Shown: positions 1 to 9,302, counted from the first letter of the stretch. The stretch is 64,000 nt of DNA from Candidatus Dormibacteria bacterium (GCA_050010655.1 JBEKKP010000016.1:5336-69335), one strand, 5' to 3'. The notes: generated by a model from the letters alone, not told the origin. Program-made: numbers and translations.

Positions 1-1
1 G

Positions 2-1219
2 GTGCGCGACTTCCTCATGCCCGATCTCGGCGAAGGGCTCACCGAGGGAGAGATCAATCGCTGGCTCGTTGCCGAGGGTGACGTGGTGGTGGTCGATCAG
101 CCGATTGCGGAGATCACCACCGAGAAAGCCGTGGTCGAGGTGCCGACACCGTTCGCGGGACGCGTGGCCGCGCTGCACGGTGCGGCGGGGGAGAGCATCG
201 CCGTGGGGACGCCGCTGATCAGCATCGAAGTCGCCGCCGCACCTTCAGAGGGCGCATCGGGGAACGTGCTGGTCGGATATGGCACCAGCGAGTCGGCACC
301 ACGGGCGCGCCGCAGTCTCGCGCCGGTGCCGTCTCCCGCGGGCGCCGCCAAACCGTCCGCGTCGCCGCCCGCATCGCCGTTAGTCCGAAGGCTGGCATCG
401 GAGTTGGGCATCGACCTCGGCACCGTCGCGGGCAGCGGCCCCGGCGGCATGGTGACGAGGGCCGACCTCGAGGGTGTTGCGGCTCGCGAGGTCGCGAGCG
501 GTGCAGCCGGGCAGCGCGCATCCGATGGCGCAGTCCGTACTGCGCTGACCGGCGTGGATCGGATCTCCGCGGAACGGCTCACCCGGTCGCATCACGACGC
601 ACCGAGCGCTTCCGCCTGGCTGAGCGCAGATGCAACCAGGCTCATGGAGTTGCGCGCCGAGTTGCCAGTCGGATCAACCGACGCGTCGGTGACGCCGTTC
701 GCGATCATCCTGCGGCTCTGCACAGTCGCGCTTCGGAAGTTCCCGCGGCTGAACGCGCATTTCGACACCGAGACGAACGAGGTGGTGCGGTTCACCCCTA
801 TTCATCTTGGCGTCGCGGTGCAGACCGATCGTGGGCTCGTCGTCGCCGTGATTCGCGACGCGCAGGACAGGTCGATGCGGAGTATCGCCGACGAATTGCA
901 ACGGCTTGCAGGCGCCGCGCGAGACGGCTCCATCGATGCGTCTGAACTCCGCGGGAGCACGTTCACCGTGTCCAACTTCGGCGCCTTCGGCGTTGACGGC
1001 GGAACGGCGATCATCAATCCCCCGGAGGCTGCAATCCTTGGTGTCGGGCGGATCGCGACACGGCCCTGGGTCATCGACGACGAGGTCGTCGCGCGCTCGG
1101 TCGTGGAGCTGTCGCTCGTGTTCGATCACCGCGTCGCCGACGGCGGCGTCGCAGGCGGGTTCATCCGCCACCTCGCGAATCTCATCGAAACACCTGACGA
1201 GGCGATGACAGATGACTGA
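2..1219 (+). CDS. Dihydrolipoamide acyltransferase (E2) of branched-chain 2-oxoacid dehydrogenase complex; possibly 5'-partial, GTG at nt 2
   Basis: N-terminal lipoyl domain signature (FLMPDLGEGLTEGEI...W), Ala/Pro-rich linker, E3-binding segment and C-terminal catalytic domain with DHRVADG motif. The following BCAT gene supports a BCKDH context. Confidence 0.85.
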   Translation: MRDFLMPDLGEGLTEGEINRWLVAEGDVVVVDQPIAEITTEKAVVEVPTPFAGRVAALHGAAGESIAVGTPLISIEVAAAPSEGASGNVLVGYGTSESAPRARRSLAPVPSPAGAAKPSASPPASPLVRRLASELGIDLGTVAGSGPGGMVTRADLEGVAAREVASGAAGQRASDGAVRTALTGVDRISAERLTRSHHDAPSASAWLSADATRLMELRAELPVGSTDASVTPFAIILRLCTVALRKFPRLNAHFDTETNEVVRFTPIHLGVAVQTDRGLVVAVIRDAQDRSMRSIADELQRLAGAARDGSIDASELRGSTFTVSNFGAFGVDGGTAIINPPEAAILGVGRIATRPWVIDDEVVARSVVELSLVFDHRVADGGVAGGFIRHLANLIETPDEAMTDD

Positions 1220-2183
1220 AACTCCGACGAAAGCGCCCGTCACGCAGGCAGAGCTGCGCAAAGCGCAAGCAGACACGTGGGTGTACTTCGACGGCGAGCT
1301 CCGCCGTTACGGCGATGCGCATCTCGGCCTGCTCACGCATGCGCTGCACTACGGCACCGGTTGCTTCGAGGGCATCCGCGCGTACTGGAGCGAGCGGCAC
1401 CACCGTATCAACGTCTTCCGCATGGCTGATCACTTCGCACGCATGACGGGCAATGCGCGGATGCTCCACATGCAGCTCCCGCATAGCGTCGAGGAGCTCT
1501 GCGAGATCACCGTCGAGCTGATGCGGCGCAACGACTTTCGCACCGACGTCTACATCCGCCCGCTCGTGTTCAAGGCGAATGAGGAGATCGGCATTCGCTT
1601 TCACAACCTGCGCGACGGATTCATGATCGTGCCGGTGCCGTTCGGCGCATATGTCGACACGACCGGTGGCATTCGCTGCCAGGTGTCCAGCTGGCGGCGC
1701 ATCGACGACAATGTGGCGCCGGCGCGGTCGAAGGCGACTGGCATCTACATCAACAGTGCGCTCGCCAAGACCGAGGCGTTTCTCAACGGCTTCGACGAGG
1801 CAATTCTCATGACCCAGGACGGCCACGTCTGCGAAGGCAGTGCCGAAAACCTCTTCATCCTTCGGCGCGGTCAGCTCATCACACCACCGGCATCCGAGAA
1901 CATCGTCGAAGGGATCACGCGCGCAGTGCTGATGCAATTCGCCCGCGAGGAACTCGGTGTCGACGTCGTCGAACGCGCGATCGACCGAAGCGAGTTGTAC
2001 GTTGCCGATGAGGTGCTGTTGTGCGGCACCGGGGCGGAGGTGTCAGCGGTCATCGAGATCGATCAGCGCACCATCGGCAGCGGTGAGCCGGGTGACGTGA
2101 CGCGCAAGCTCCAGGACCTGTATTTTGGTGCCTGCAAAGGCGAGGATGACCGCTTCTCGAGCTGGCTGACGCCGATCGTCTGA
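1212..2183 (+). CDS. ilvE: Branched-chain amino acid aminotransferase (PLP fold type IV)
   Basis: 323-aa product with class IV aminotransferase hallmarks (HYGTGCFEGIRAYW, ...CGTGAEV...). The ATG at 1212 overlaps the upstream stop by 8 nt. Confidence 0.85.
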   Translation: MTETPTKAPVTQAELRKAQADTWVYFDGELRRYGDAHLGLLTHALHYGTGCFEGIRAYWSERHHRINVFRMADHFARMTGNARMLHMQLPHSVEELCEITVELMRRNDFRTDVYIRPLVFKANEEIGIRFHNLRDGFMIVPVPFGAYVDTTGGIRCQVSSWRRIDDNVAPARSKATGIYINSALAKTEAFLNGFDEAILMTQDGHVCEGSAENLFILRRGQLITPPASENIVEGITRAVLMQFAREELGVDVVERAIDRSELYVADEVLLCGTGAEVSAVIEIDQRTIGSGEPGDVTRKLQDLYFGACKGEDDRFSSWLTPIV

Positions 2184-2908
2184 TGTCAGTGGGCAGCCTC
2201 GCGCTCAACGATGAGATTCGCTCGCGTTTCGCAACGCTGACCACGGCACACGTCGCGGACGGTTGCATTCGCGCTCACGTGGAGGTGCGCTGCGCGCCGC
2301 CTCAGGTGCAGGCACTCGTCGCGGGGAGCCACATCGCCGGGTGTGCGCGTCCGGCCCAGCACTTCGGCAGCGTCGACCTCTTTCTCGAGGCAATCAACGC
2401 AGCTATCGCGGGCGACGTTCTGGTGATCGACAACGGTGGACGCTTGGACGAAGCCTGCATCGGTGATCTCATCGCGTTGGAGACACTGGCGGCCGGTCTG
2501 ACGGGAGTCGTTATCTGGGGCCTCCATCGCGACACTGCCGAGATACGTGCTATCGGGCTGCCCGTTTTCAGCCTCGGATCAACGCCGACGGGGCCGCAGC
2601 GTGTCGACGCCCGGGATACCGCTGCGTTGCAATCGGCCCGGATCGGGGAGTGGACGGTCAGTGAGGCCGATGTGGCGTTCGGCGACGACGACGGAGTGTT
2701 GTTCGTACCGAAGGCGCAGGTGCTCGAGATCCTGACGATCTCGGAGACGATCCGCGACACCGAACAGCGTCAGGCGGACCGGGTTCGAGAGGGTAACGGA
2801 CTTCGCCGGCAGCTGCACTTCGATGCCTATCTCGCAGCGCGCAAAGACAATCCGTCGCTCACGTTTCGCGAGCACCTGCGTTCGGTCGGCGGAGCCGTCG
2901 AGGTCTAA
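2183..2908 (+). CDS. RraA-family protein (RNase E inhibitor / 4-hydroxy-4-methyl-2-oxoglutarate aldolase-like)
   Basis: 241-aa product resembling the RraA/MenG-like fold (..HVADGC.., GDVLVIDNGG..). ATGA overlap with ilvE stop. Confidence 0.7.
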   Translation: MSVGSLALNDEIRSRFATLTTAHVADGCIRAHVEVRCAPPQVQALVAGSHIAGCARPAQHFGSVDLFLEAINAAIAGDVLVIDNGGRLDEACIGDLIALETLAAGLTGVVIWGLHRDTAEIRAIGLPVFSLGSTPTGPQRVDARDTAALQSARIGEWTVSEADVAFGDDDGVLFVPKAQVLEILTISETIRDTEQRQADRVREGNGLRRQLHFDAYLAARKDNPSLTFREHLRSVGGAVEV

Positions 2909-2918
2909 CGCGCGCCGA

Positions 2919-4028
2919 TCACTGGTCGAAGTCGAGGACGACCTTCGGCGTTGTGGGATGCGACTGGCAGGCAAGCACGAAGCCCGCGTCGATCTCGCGC
3001 TGTTCCAGTGCGAAGTGCTGGTCCATGTCGACGCTGCCGCTCACCAGCTTCGCGCGACACGTCCCGCACACGCCGCCCTTGCACGCGTACGGCGCGTCGG
3101 CTCGAACGCGCAGCGCCGCGTCGAGAATGCGTTCTCCGTCCGGCTGAACGGGGAAAGTCGAGCTTCGCCCGTCCAGGATGATCGTGACCTCGGCGGCTCC
3201 GGACGATGCTCCTGACGCAGCACTCGACTCACGGACTGGGCGCGGCGCGTCGTCCGCGTGGAACAGCTCCGCATGCAGATGCTCGGCAGAGACACCTCGC
3301 TCGAGCAGCACCGATCGAGCTGCTTCGATCATGTCGCGCGGTCCGCAGAGAAACCACTCGTCGACGTCGTCCGTCCGTATCAACTGGTCGAGGAAGGCGT
3401 TCAGCCGCGGCGCATCGATGTGCCCGTGAAAGAGCTCCACCTCCTGCTCCTCCCGCGAGAGGACGTGGTACAGGGCAAATCGTTCTGGATGCTCGTTCTT
3501 CAGATCCTCGAGCTCCTCGAGAAACATGATGTCCTTGGCGGTTCTGTTCCCGTAGATGAGCGTCACTGTGCTGAGTGGCTCGACGGCGAGGATAGTGCTG
3601 AGGATCGACAGGATCGGTGTGATGCCGCTCCCCGCAGCGATCATCACGTACGACGTTGCGCGGCTCGCGTCGAGCGGCGTGTTGAAGTGGCCGATCGGCG
3701 TGACCACCTCCATCGTCTCGCCGGGCTCCAGACGCTCGAACGCGTACGCCGAGAAGACCCCGCCGGGCAGCCGCTTCACGGCTACGCGCAATCGCCCCGA
3801 GCCTGCAGCGCTGCAGATCGAGTAGCTCCGCCGCACGTCGTCTCCGGCGGCCTCGCATCGCAGTGAGACGTGCTGTCCGTGCGTGAACGAGTACTCGCCT
3901 GCGAGCTCGGGCGGAATCTCGAACTCGATGACGACCGCGTCGTCGGTAAGCGGCTCCACAGCGCTGACTCGAAGCGGATGGATCGTCGCGCGCCGATGTC
4001 CAACTCCTGCATCGGCGACCGGCGTCAC
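2919..4028 (-). CDS. paaE: 1,2-phenylacetyl-CoA epoxidase reductase subunit PaaE (FAD/NAD-binding ferredoxin reductase with C-terminal 2Fe-2S domain)
   Basis: FNR-like FAD and NAD(P) binding regions followed by plant-type ferredoxin cysteines (CKGGVCGTCRAKL). Start placed at GTG 4028 preceded by GAGGGG, and the longer ORF to 4124 was discounted. Confidence 0.85.
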   Translation of the reverse strand: MTPVADAGVGHRRATIHPLRVSAVEPLTDDAVVIEFEIPPELAGEYSFTHGQHVSLRCEAAGDDVRRSYSICSAAGSGRLRVAVKRLPGGVFSAYAFERLEPGETMEVVTPIGHFNTPLDASRATSYVMIAAGSGITPILSILSTILAVEPLSTVTLIYGNRTAKDIMFLEELEDLKNEHPERFALYHVLSREEQEVELFHGHIDAPRLNAFLDQLIRTDDVDEWFLCGPRDMIEAARSVLLERGVSAEHLHAELFHADDAPRPVRESSAASGASSGAAEVTIILDGRSSTFPVQPDGERILDAALRVRADAPYACKGGVCGTCRAKLVSGSVDMDQHFALEQREIDAGFVLACQSHPTTPKVVLDFDQ

Positions 4029-4038
4029 GGTCAACCCC

Positions 4039-4515
4039 TCAGTGCTCCTTGAAGTGCGGGAACGTCTCCCCGCATGCGTCGCATGCGCGCACCGCCTGGC
4101 ACTGCGTGGAGCCGAAATGGGCAACCTCGTGGGTTCGCGTTGCGTTGCAGCGCGGACACGCTACGGCGATCTTCAGCGCTTGCACGTCGAACTGCTGTCG
4201 TGGCGGCGCGATGCCGTACTCCCGCAGCTTGATCCGGCCGGCGTCCGACATCCACTCCGTCGTCCATGCCGGCGAGAGCACGACGCGAACGCTCACGTCG
4301 GTATATCCCTGCGCTCGGATGCACCGTTCCACGTCCTCGCGGATCGTCTCCAGCGCCGGGCAGCCCGAGTACGTCGGCGTGATGTCGATGTCGACATGTC
4401 CACGGTTATCGATGCGGACGTCGCGCAGGATGCCGAGGTCGGCGATGGTCAGCGCCGGCATCTCCGGATCCGGGAGCGCGCCCGCAACGCGGCGGATCTC
4501 GTCGATCGGTATCAC
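4039..4515 (-). CDS. paaD: Phenylacetate-CoA oxygenase subunit PaaD
   Basis: PaaD-like core (DPEMPALTIADLGILRDV...CPRC...CDACGETFPHFKEH). GTG start at 4515 overlaps the paaC stop (GTGA). Confidence 0.8.
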   Translation of the reverse strand: MIPIDEIRRVAGALPDPEMPALTIADLGILRDVRIDNRGHVDIDITPTYSGCPALETIREDVERCIRAQGYTDVSVRVVLSPAWTTEWMSDAGRIKLREYGIAPPRQQFDVQALKIAVACPRCNATRTHEVAHFGSTQCQAVRACDACGETFPHFKEH

Positions 4516-5276
4516 CAGACAGCCCCTGGGAATGAGCGATGGAGGTGCTGCATCTCGGCAACCATGTACCCAAAGGGCTCGGTGTGCAGTCCTCGTCGCC
4601 CTCCTGTCGGTCGCCAGGTGGTTTCCGGAACAACCAGCGTTGCGTCGGTGAGCACGCGATGGATATACGCGTCCCATTCGGGGCGAAGCGATTCCGGCCC
4701 CGGACCGAATCCACCTGCAGCCGCGTCCCCCGACACCTCGTCCGTCTCGAAGAGCTCGAACGTATACGGCCAGAGATCCGCGAGTGCCTGCTCCATGCGC
4801 CCGTGACTCTCAGCGGTGCCATCACCGAGACGGAGTGTCCAGTCGGTGGCGTGATCGCGGTGATACGACGTCTCCTTCACGGAGCGGGTGGCGATCGCCG
4901 CGACCTGTGCGTCGTTCGACGCCGTGAGGGCCTGCCACTGCGCGAGCTGATACGTCGAGCAGAGCAGCTGCCGGACCATCGTTCGCGCAAAGTCGCCGTT
5001 CTCCTGCTCAACGAGCAGGCAGTTGACGAACTCGCGCTCGTCACGCAGGAACGCGTAGTCGTCCTCGGAGCGGCCGGTCCCGTCCATTTCCGCGGTGCGC
5101 TCGTACATCGCGCGCGCCTGACCGAGCAGGTCGAGCGCGATGTTCGTCAGCGCGATGTCGTCCTCCAGCGTCGGCGCCCGTGAGGACCACTGCGCGAGAC
5201 GGTGCGAGAGGACAAAGCAATCGTCCGCGATGCGCAGCGTGGCAACGGCCGCCGCACCGGCGACCACGAGGGTCAC
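4512..5276 (-). CDS. paaC: 1,2-phenylacetyl-CoA epoxidase subunit C PaaC
   Basis: 254-aa ferritin-like PaaC/PaaI-type product. ATGA overlap with paaB stop. Confidence 0.85.
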   Translation of the reverse strand: MTLVVAGAAAVATLRIADDCFVLSHRLAQWSSRAPTLEDDIALTNIALDLLGQARAMYERTAEMDGTGRSEDDYAFLRDEREFVNCLLVEQENGDFARTMVRQLLCSTYQLAQWQALTASNDAQVAAIATRSVKETSYHRDHATDWTLRLGDGTAESHGRMEQALADLWPYTFELFETDEVSGDAAAGGFGPGPESLRPEWDAYIHRVLTDATLVVPETTWRPTGGRRGLHTEPFGYMVAEMQHLHRSFPGAVW

Positions 5277-5563
5277 AGCTGCTGCACTTCCTTCGGGATC
5301 GAGTAGAAGGTGGGATGGCGGTAGGGTTTGTCGGCCGCCGGATCGAAGAACGAGTCCTTCTCATCCGGGGAGCTCGCCGTGATCAGCGCAGACGGAACGA
5401 CCCAGATGCTGACGCCCTCGAGACGGCGCGTGTACACGTCACGCGCGTTGCGCAGCGCCATCTCCGCGTCGGGTGCGTGCAGGCTGCCGACGTGGTTGTG
5501 GGAGAGGCCTCGCTTGCTGCGGATGAAGACTTCCCACAGCGGGGCAGGCGTTTCCTCGCTCAT
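5273..5563 (-). CDS. paaB: 1,2-phenylacetyl-CoA epoxidase subunit B PaaB
   Basis: Conserved PaaB core [32 protein letters not shown]. The longer ORF N-terminus was discounted. Start overlaps the paaA stop. Confidence 0.85.
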   Translation of the reverse strand: MSEETPAPLWEVFIRSKRGLSHNHVGSLHAPDAEMALRNARDVYTRRLEGVSIWVVPSALITASSPDEKDSFFDPAADKPYRHPTFYSIPKEVQQL

Positions 5564-6558
5564 GCCGCGGCGCTGGACGTCGTGTGCTTGGCGGCGTACG
5601 CAGCCGCGGCCTCGCGCACCCAGGCACCTTCCTCCTGCGCCTTGCGGTGGTGCTCCGCGCGCTGGCGGTTGCACGGGCCATCACCACTGACGACACGGCG
5701 CAACTCCTCGAAGTCCGGCTCGCCGAAGTCGTAGTGTCCGCGCCCTTCATTCCAGCGCAGCTTGGGATCCGGTGGCACGAGACCAAGGACCACTGCCTGC
5801 GGCGCCACCATGTCGACGAACCGCTGGCGCAGCGCGTCGTTCGAGAAGCGCTTGATGCCCCACGCCATCGACTGCGCGCTGTGCGTCGATTCGGTGTCGG
5901 GCGGACCGAGCATCTCGATGGACGGCCACCACCATCGATCGACGGCGTCCTGCGCCATGGCGTGCTGCTCGGGCGTGCCGTGCGACAGCGCGTAGAGCGA
6001 TTCGAACCCCTGCCGCTGGTGAAAGGACTCCTCCTTGCACACGCGCACCATCGCCCGCGCGTACGGGCCGAACGAGCAGCGGCAGAGCGGGATCTGGTTG
6101 GTGATCGCCGCGCCGTCGACGAGCCAGCCGATTGCGCCCACGTCTGCCCACGTGAGCGTGGGGTAGTTGAAGATGCTCGAGTACTTCTGACGTCCCTGGT
6201 CGAGCAGATCGATGAGCTCGGCACGGTCCACGCCGAGGGTCTCGGCAGCGCAATAGAGATAGAGGCCGTGGCCGGCCTCGTCCTGCACCTTGGCCATGAG
6301 GATGGCTTTACGCCGGAGCGACGGCGCACGCGTGATCCAGTTGCCCTCGGGCTGCATGCCGATGATCTCCGAATGGGCGTGCTGGGCGATCTGGCGTATG
6401 AGCGACTTCCGGTACGCGTCGGGCATCCAGTCGCGCGGCTCGATCCGCTGATCCGAGTCGATCAGCGCCTGGAATTCGGTTTCCCGAGCGTCCGCTTCGA
6501 TCGCAATGCCCGCTTCGATCGGGCTGCCTGAACTCATGCTCCTACAATAGAACCACAT
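5560..6558 (-). CDS. paaA: 1,2-phenylacetyl-CoA epoxidase catalytic subunit PaaA (start ambiguous: 6558 or Met8 at 6537)
   Basis: Strong PaaA signature ([37 protein letters not shown]...[11 protein letters not shown]). Confidence 0.88.
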   Translation of the reverse strand: MWFYCRSMSSGSPIEAGIAIEADARETEFQALIDSDQRIEPRDWMPDAYRKSLIRQIAQHAHSEIIGMQPEGNWITRAPSLRRKAILMAKVQDEAGHGLYLYCAAETLGVDRAELIDLLDQGRQKYSSIFNYPTLTWADVGAIGWLVDGAAITNQIPLCRCSFGPYARAMVRVCKEESFHQRQGFESLYALSHGTPEQHAMAQDAVDRWWWPSIEMLGPPDTESTHSAQSMAWGIKRFSNDALRQRFVDMVAPQAVVLGLVPPDPKLRWNEGRGHYDFGEPDFEELRRVVSGDGPCNRQRAEHHRKAQEEGAWVREAAAAYAAKHTTSSAAA

Positions 6559-7657
6559 GGTTCAGGTGACCGAGGCAGCCGTGCCGGTGCTCGAGGGCAC
6601 CGACCACGTCGAGTTGTGGGTCGGTAACGCGCGCCAGGCCGCATATCACTACCGCAAGGCGTTCGGGTTCGACGTCATCGCGTACGCCGGACCGGAGACG
6701 GGCATCCGCGACCGCGCCAGCTACGTCCTGCAGCAGGGCAAGGTCCGCCTCGTGCTCACGGCGCCGCTGCAGCCGGAGGGCGACATCGCCGATCACCTGC
6801 GGCTCCACGGCGACGGTGTGCGCACCATCGCGCTCCGGGTCGCCGACGCCACCGCGGCATATGAGGCTGCTACCGCCCGGGGCGCTCGCAGCGTCGCCGA
6901 GCCGAGCAGGGCTGAGGACGAGCACGGCATCGTGACCTCGGCGTCGATCGCCACCTTCGGGGACACGATTCACACCTTCGTCGAGCGCGATGAGTATTCC
7001 GGCGTGTTCTGGCCCGGGTACCGCGCTGACAACCGCAGCGGCGGCGGTGTGGGCCTGCGCTTCATCGACCACACGGTCGGCAATGTCGACACCGGCAAGA
7101 TGGACGACTGGGTCTCGTTTTACTCCGAGGTCTTCGGGTTCACCGTCTTCCAGGAATTCGACGAGAAGGACATCGCGACGCAGTACAGCGCGCTGCGCTC
7201 GAAAGTTGCGCGCGATCCGCGCACCCAGATCACCATGCCGATCAACGAGCCACACGTCGGGCTCAAGAAATCCCAGATCCAGGAATACCTCGACTACTAC
7301 CGCGGGAGCGGCATCCAGCACATCGCGATCCACACGGACGACATCGTCTCCACCGTCTCGGATATGCGCGATCGCGGCGTCGAATTCCTCACCGCCCCAG
7401 GTGCCTATTACGACGCGCTCGGCGACCGCGCCGCCGGCATCAGCGAGGATCTCGACCGCCTCCGCTCGCTCAACATCCTCATCGACCGAGACGACGACGG
7501 CTACCTCTTGCAGATCTTCACGCGTCCCGTCGGCGACCGCCCGACACTGTTCTTCGAGGTCATCCAGCGCAAAGGCTGCAAAGGATTCGGAAAAGGAAAC
7601 TTCAAGGCCCTCTTCGAATCGATCGAACGTGAGCAGGCTGCGCGAGGGAATCTCTAG
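6557..7657 (+). CDS. hppD: 4-hydroxyphenylpyruvate dioxygenase
   Basis: 366-aa two-VOC-domain product with canonical HPPD C-terminus ([50 protein letters not shown]). ATG 6557 lies 8 nt downstream of a TACAAT hexamer, consistent with a possibly leaderless transcript. Confidence 0.92.
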   Translation: MVQVTEAAVPVLEGTDHVELWVGNARQAAYHYRKAFGFDVIAYAGPETGIRDRASYVLQQGKVRLVLTAPLQPEGDIADHLRLHGDGVRTIALRVADATAAYEAATARGARSVAEPSRAEDEHGIVTSASIATFGDTIHTFVERDEYSGVFWPGYRADNRSGGGVGLRFIDHTVGNVDTGKMDDWVSFYSEVFGFTVFQEFDEKDIATQYSALRSKVARDPRTQITMPINEPHVGLKKSQIQEYLDYYRGSGIQHIAIHTDDIVSTVSDMRDRGVEFLTAPGAYYDALGDRAAGISEDLDRLRSLNILIDRDDDGYLLQIFTRPVGDRPTLFFEVIQRKGCKGFGKGNFKALFESIEREQAARGNL

Positions 7658-7689
7658 GCCGGCGACGACGGTCGTCGAATTGGACGGCG

Positions 7690-7915
7690 AAAGGGGGACG
7701 GGGCGGCACCGCGCTCAGCTTGACCGCTCCCTCGCTCGCGCAAGCAAATTGTCGCACTCGTTCGGGAGCGGTCAAATTCGCTGGGTGGGCGGCGAGAGGG
7801 GACGGGCGTCACCACGCTCAGCTAGTCCGCTCCCTCGCTCGCGCAAGCAAATTGTCGCACTCGTTCGGGAGCGGCCAAATTCGCTGGGTGCCGCCCGTCC
7901 CCTCTCGCCTCGCGC
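7690..7915. repeat. Tandem pair of ~100-bp palindromic REP/MITE-like units (cores approx 7712-7790 and 7826-7905) sharing the motif CGCGCAAGCAAATTGTCGCACTCG inside a CCGCTCCC...GGGAGCGG stem
   Basis: The two units are about 90% identical to each other and to the reverse complement of 35483-35610. Flanking GAGGGGACGGGCG / CGCCCGTCCCCTC arms are mutually complementary, giving BIME-like nested hairpins. Confidence 0.8.
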
Positions 7916-7920
7916 TGTGC

Positions 7921-8130
7921 CTACTCGACGGCCAACATCACGTCCGAGGATTTGATGATGACTATTACGTCGCTGCCGACTTTGATGCCGAGTTCGTCGA
8001 CCGCGTCGACGGTAATCGCGGCGGTCATCGCCATGCTCGCAACCGAGACACGCACGTTTGCGGTGGCGGCACCGCGGGTGATCTGCTCGACGCGGCCTGG
8101 GAGCTTGTTGCGTGCGCTGATTTTCATTGA
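7921..8130 (-). CDS. mop: Molybdopterin/molybdate-binding Mop (TOBE domain) protein, 69 aa
   Basis: MKISARNKLPGRVEQITRGAATANVRVSVASMAMTAAITVDAVDELGIKVGSDVIVIIKSSDVMLAVE matches the single-domain molbindin family. The upstream ORF extension was discounted. Confidence 0.75.
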   Translation of the reverse strand, partial: SMKISARNKLPGRVEQITRGAATANVRVSVASMAMTAAITVDAVDELGIKVGSDVIVIIKSSDVMLAVE

Positions 8131-8220
8131 CTTGTCCCTCTGACCTGACGCTATCGCCCCGACTCTAGCCCACGTCAAGCGGATGCGACACAGGATCGAA
8201 CGCGTCAAACGCACCGTACA

Positions 8221-8493
8221 ATGTGCGATGATGTTCGTGCGTGCCGGTTCGGGCATGGCGGAAGGGGGGACTGGCACATGGAAGACGTGGAAGACGCGTG
8301 GACTCGCGTCCTGCGATTGATGCGTGAGCTCGAGGCGCTGCTTCTTACGATCAAGGAAGCGGCGATCCCGGTGCTCACGGCGGGGAGTCCGGATCAGGCG
8401 TGGCGCGCGCGTCGCTTTCTGAGGGTGGCCGACCGGATGGTTGAGGACCTGCACGGCCTGCAGTTCGGTTCGGGGGAGCCGAACGGGGGCTGA
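8221..8493 (+). CDS. Hypothetical small protein (start uncertain, possibly Met at 8278)
   Basis: ORF only, with no recognisable domain. Divergent from mop. Confidence 0.3.
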   Translation: MCDDVRACRFGHGGRGDWHMEDVEDAWTRVLRLMRELEALLLTIKEAAIPVLTAGSPDQAWRARRFLRVADRMVEDLHGLQFGSGEPNGG

Positions 8494-8504
8494 TCAGTCC
8501 AGGA

Positions 8505-8903
8505 TCAGAGCGGCGGCCAGACCTCCGGTGAGGGCGTCATCCGCGGCTTGTCCGCCCAGTCGTCGCGAGGCGGGGAGAAGCTCTCGACGATCGTGCATCC
8601 GGCCGTGCCGGCGCGCTCGACCTTGTGTGGCACTCCCGGAGGGATCACCCACATGTCTCCGGGCTTGCGCACCCGAGTCTCGCCGCCGACGGTGAAGGTG
8701 AACTCTCCACGCAGGACGATGCCGACCTGCTCGTTCGGATGCCGGTGCTCCGGCATCACCGTTCCAGGGTCGAGCTCGAAGACGGCGAGGGTGATGCGCT
8801 CTCCGCTCACCGGCCGAACGCGCAGCCCTTCCATGAGCGCCAGCGGCTCGAGCTCGCCGACGGTGGCGAACTCGTGGGCTGCGGAGCTTTCAGATTCCGG
8901 CAT
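8505..8903 (-). CDS. Cupin domain protein
   Basis: Cupin motifs (PEHRHPNEQVGIVLRGEF... GDMWVIPPGVPHK). Confidence 0.75.
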   Translation of the reverse strand: MPESESSAAHEFATVGELEPLALMEGLRVRPVSGERITLAVFELDPGTVMPEHRHPNEQVGIVLRGEFTFTVGGETRVRKPGDMWVIPPGVPHKVERAGTAGCTIVESFSPPRDDWADKPRMTPSPEVWPPL

Positions 8904-8924
8904 GACGGCGCAACCATACCCAAT

Positions 8925-9302
8925 TCATTCCTCAGGGCCCTCGACGTTGACGACCGATGGACCCTGACCCGAGCGCGTCACGACGAGCATCGCGACGCCG
9001 TCCGTCGTGTTGCCCTCGCGATGGATTGCGTGCGGAGCGACGTACACGAAGTCGCCCGGCAAGGCGTCGAAGATGTCGCTCCCGTTTACCCCTGATTCCA
9101 TGCGGAGCGCTCCGCTCGCAACATAGATCACGGACTCGTGGTCGCCGTGATGGTGCCAGCCGGAAACTGCGCCTGGCGCGGTGTGCACCACGCCGGACCA
9201 CACCTGTTCCGTCGCGACTGCCTCACTGCGTTGCATGCCGGGAGTGGACGGTCCCGGCGTGAAGCCGTCCGGCGTGATCCGTCGTACGCCCCGATCAGGC
9301 AT
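8925..9302 (-). CDS. Cupin domain protein
   Basis: Cupin motifs (GWHHHGDHESVIYVASGALRM...GDFVYVAPHAIHRE). Confidence 0.75.
   Translation of the reverse strand: MPDRGVRRITPDGFTPGPSTPGMQRSEAVATEQVWSGVVHTAPGAVSGWHHHGDHESVIYVASGALRMESGVNGSDIFDALPGDFVYVAPHAIHREGNTTDGVAMLVVTRSGQGPSVVNVEGPEE

Noticed and set aside
5439-6329. 296-aa Arg/Ser-rich ORF overlapping paaA and paaB in another frame
   Set aside because: Low-complexity translation, fully embedded in strongly supported paa genes.
7690-7915. Possible CRISPR array
   Set aside because: There are only two direct units. Units are ~100 bp, internally palindromic and separated by sequence that is itself part of the inverted-repeat structure, not unique spacers. 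No cas genes are nearby.
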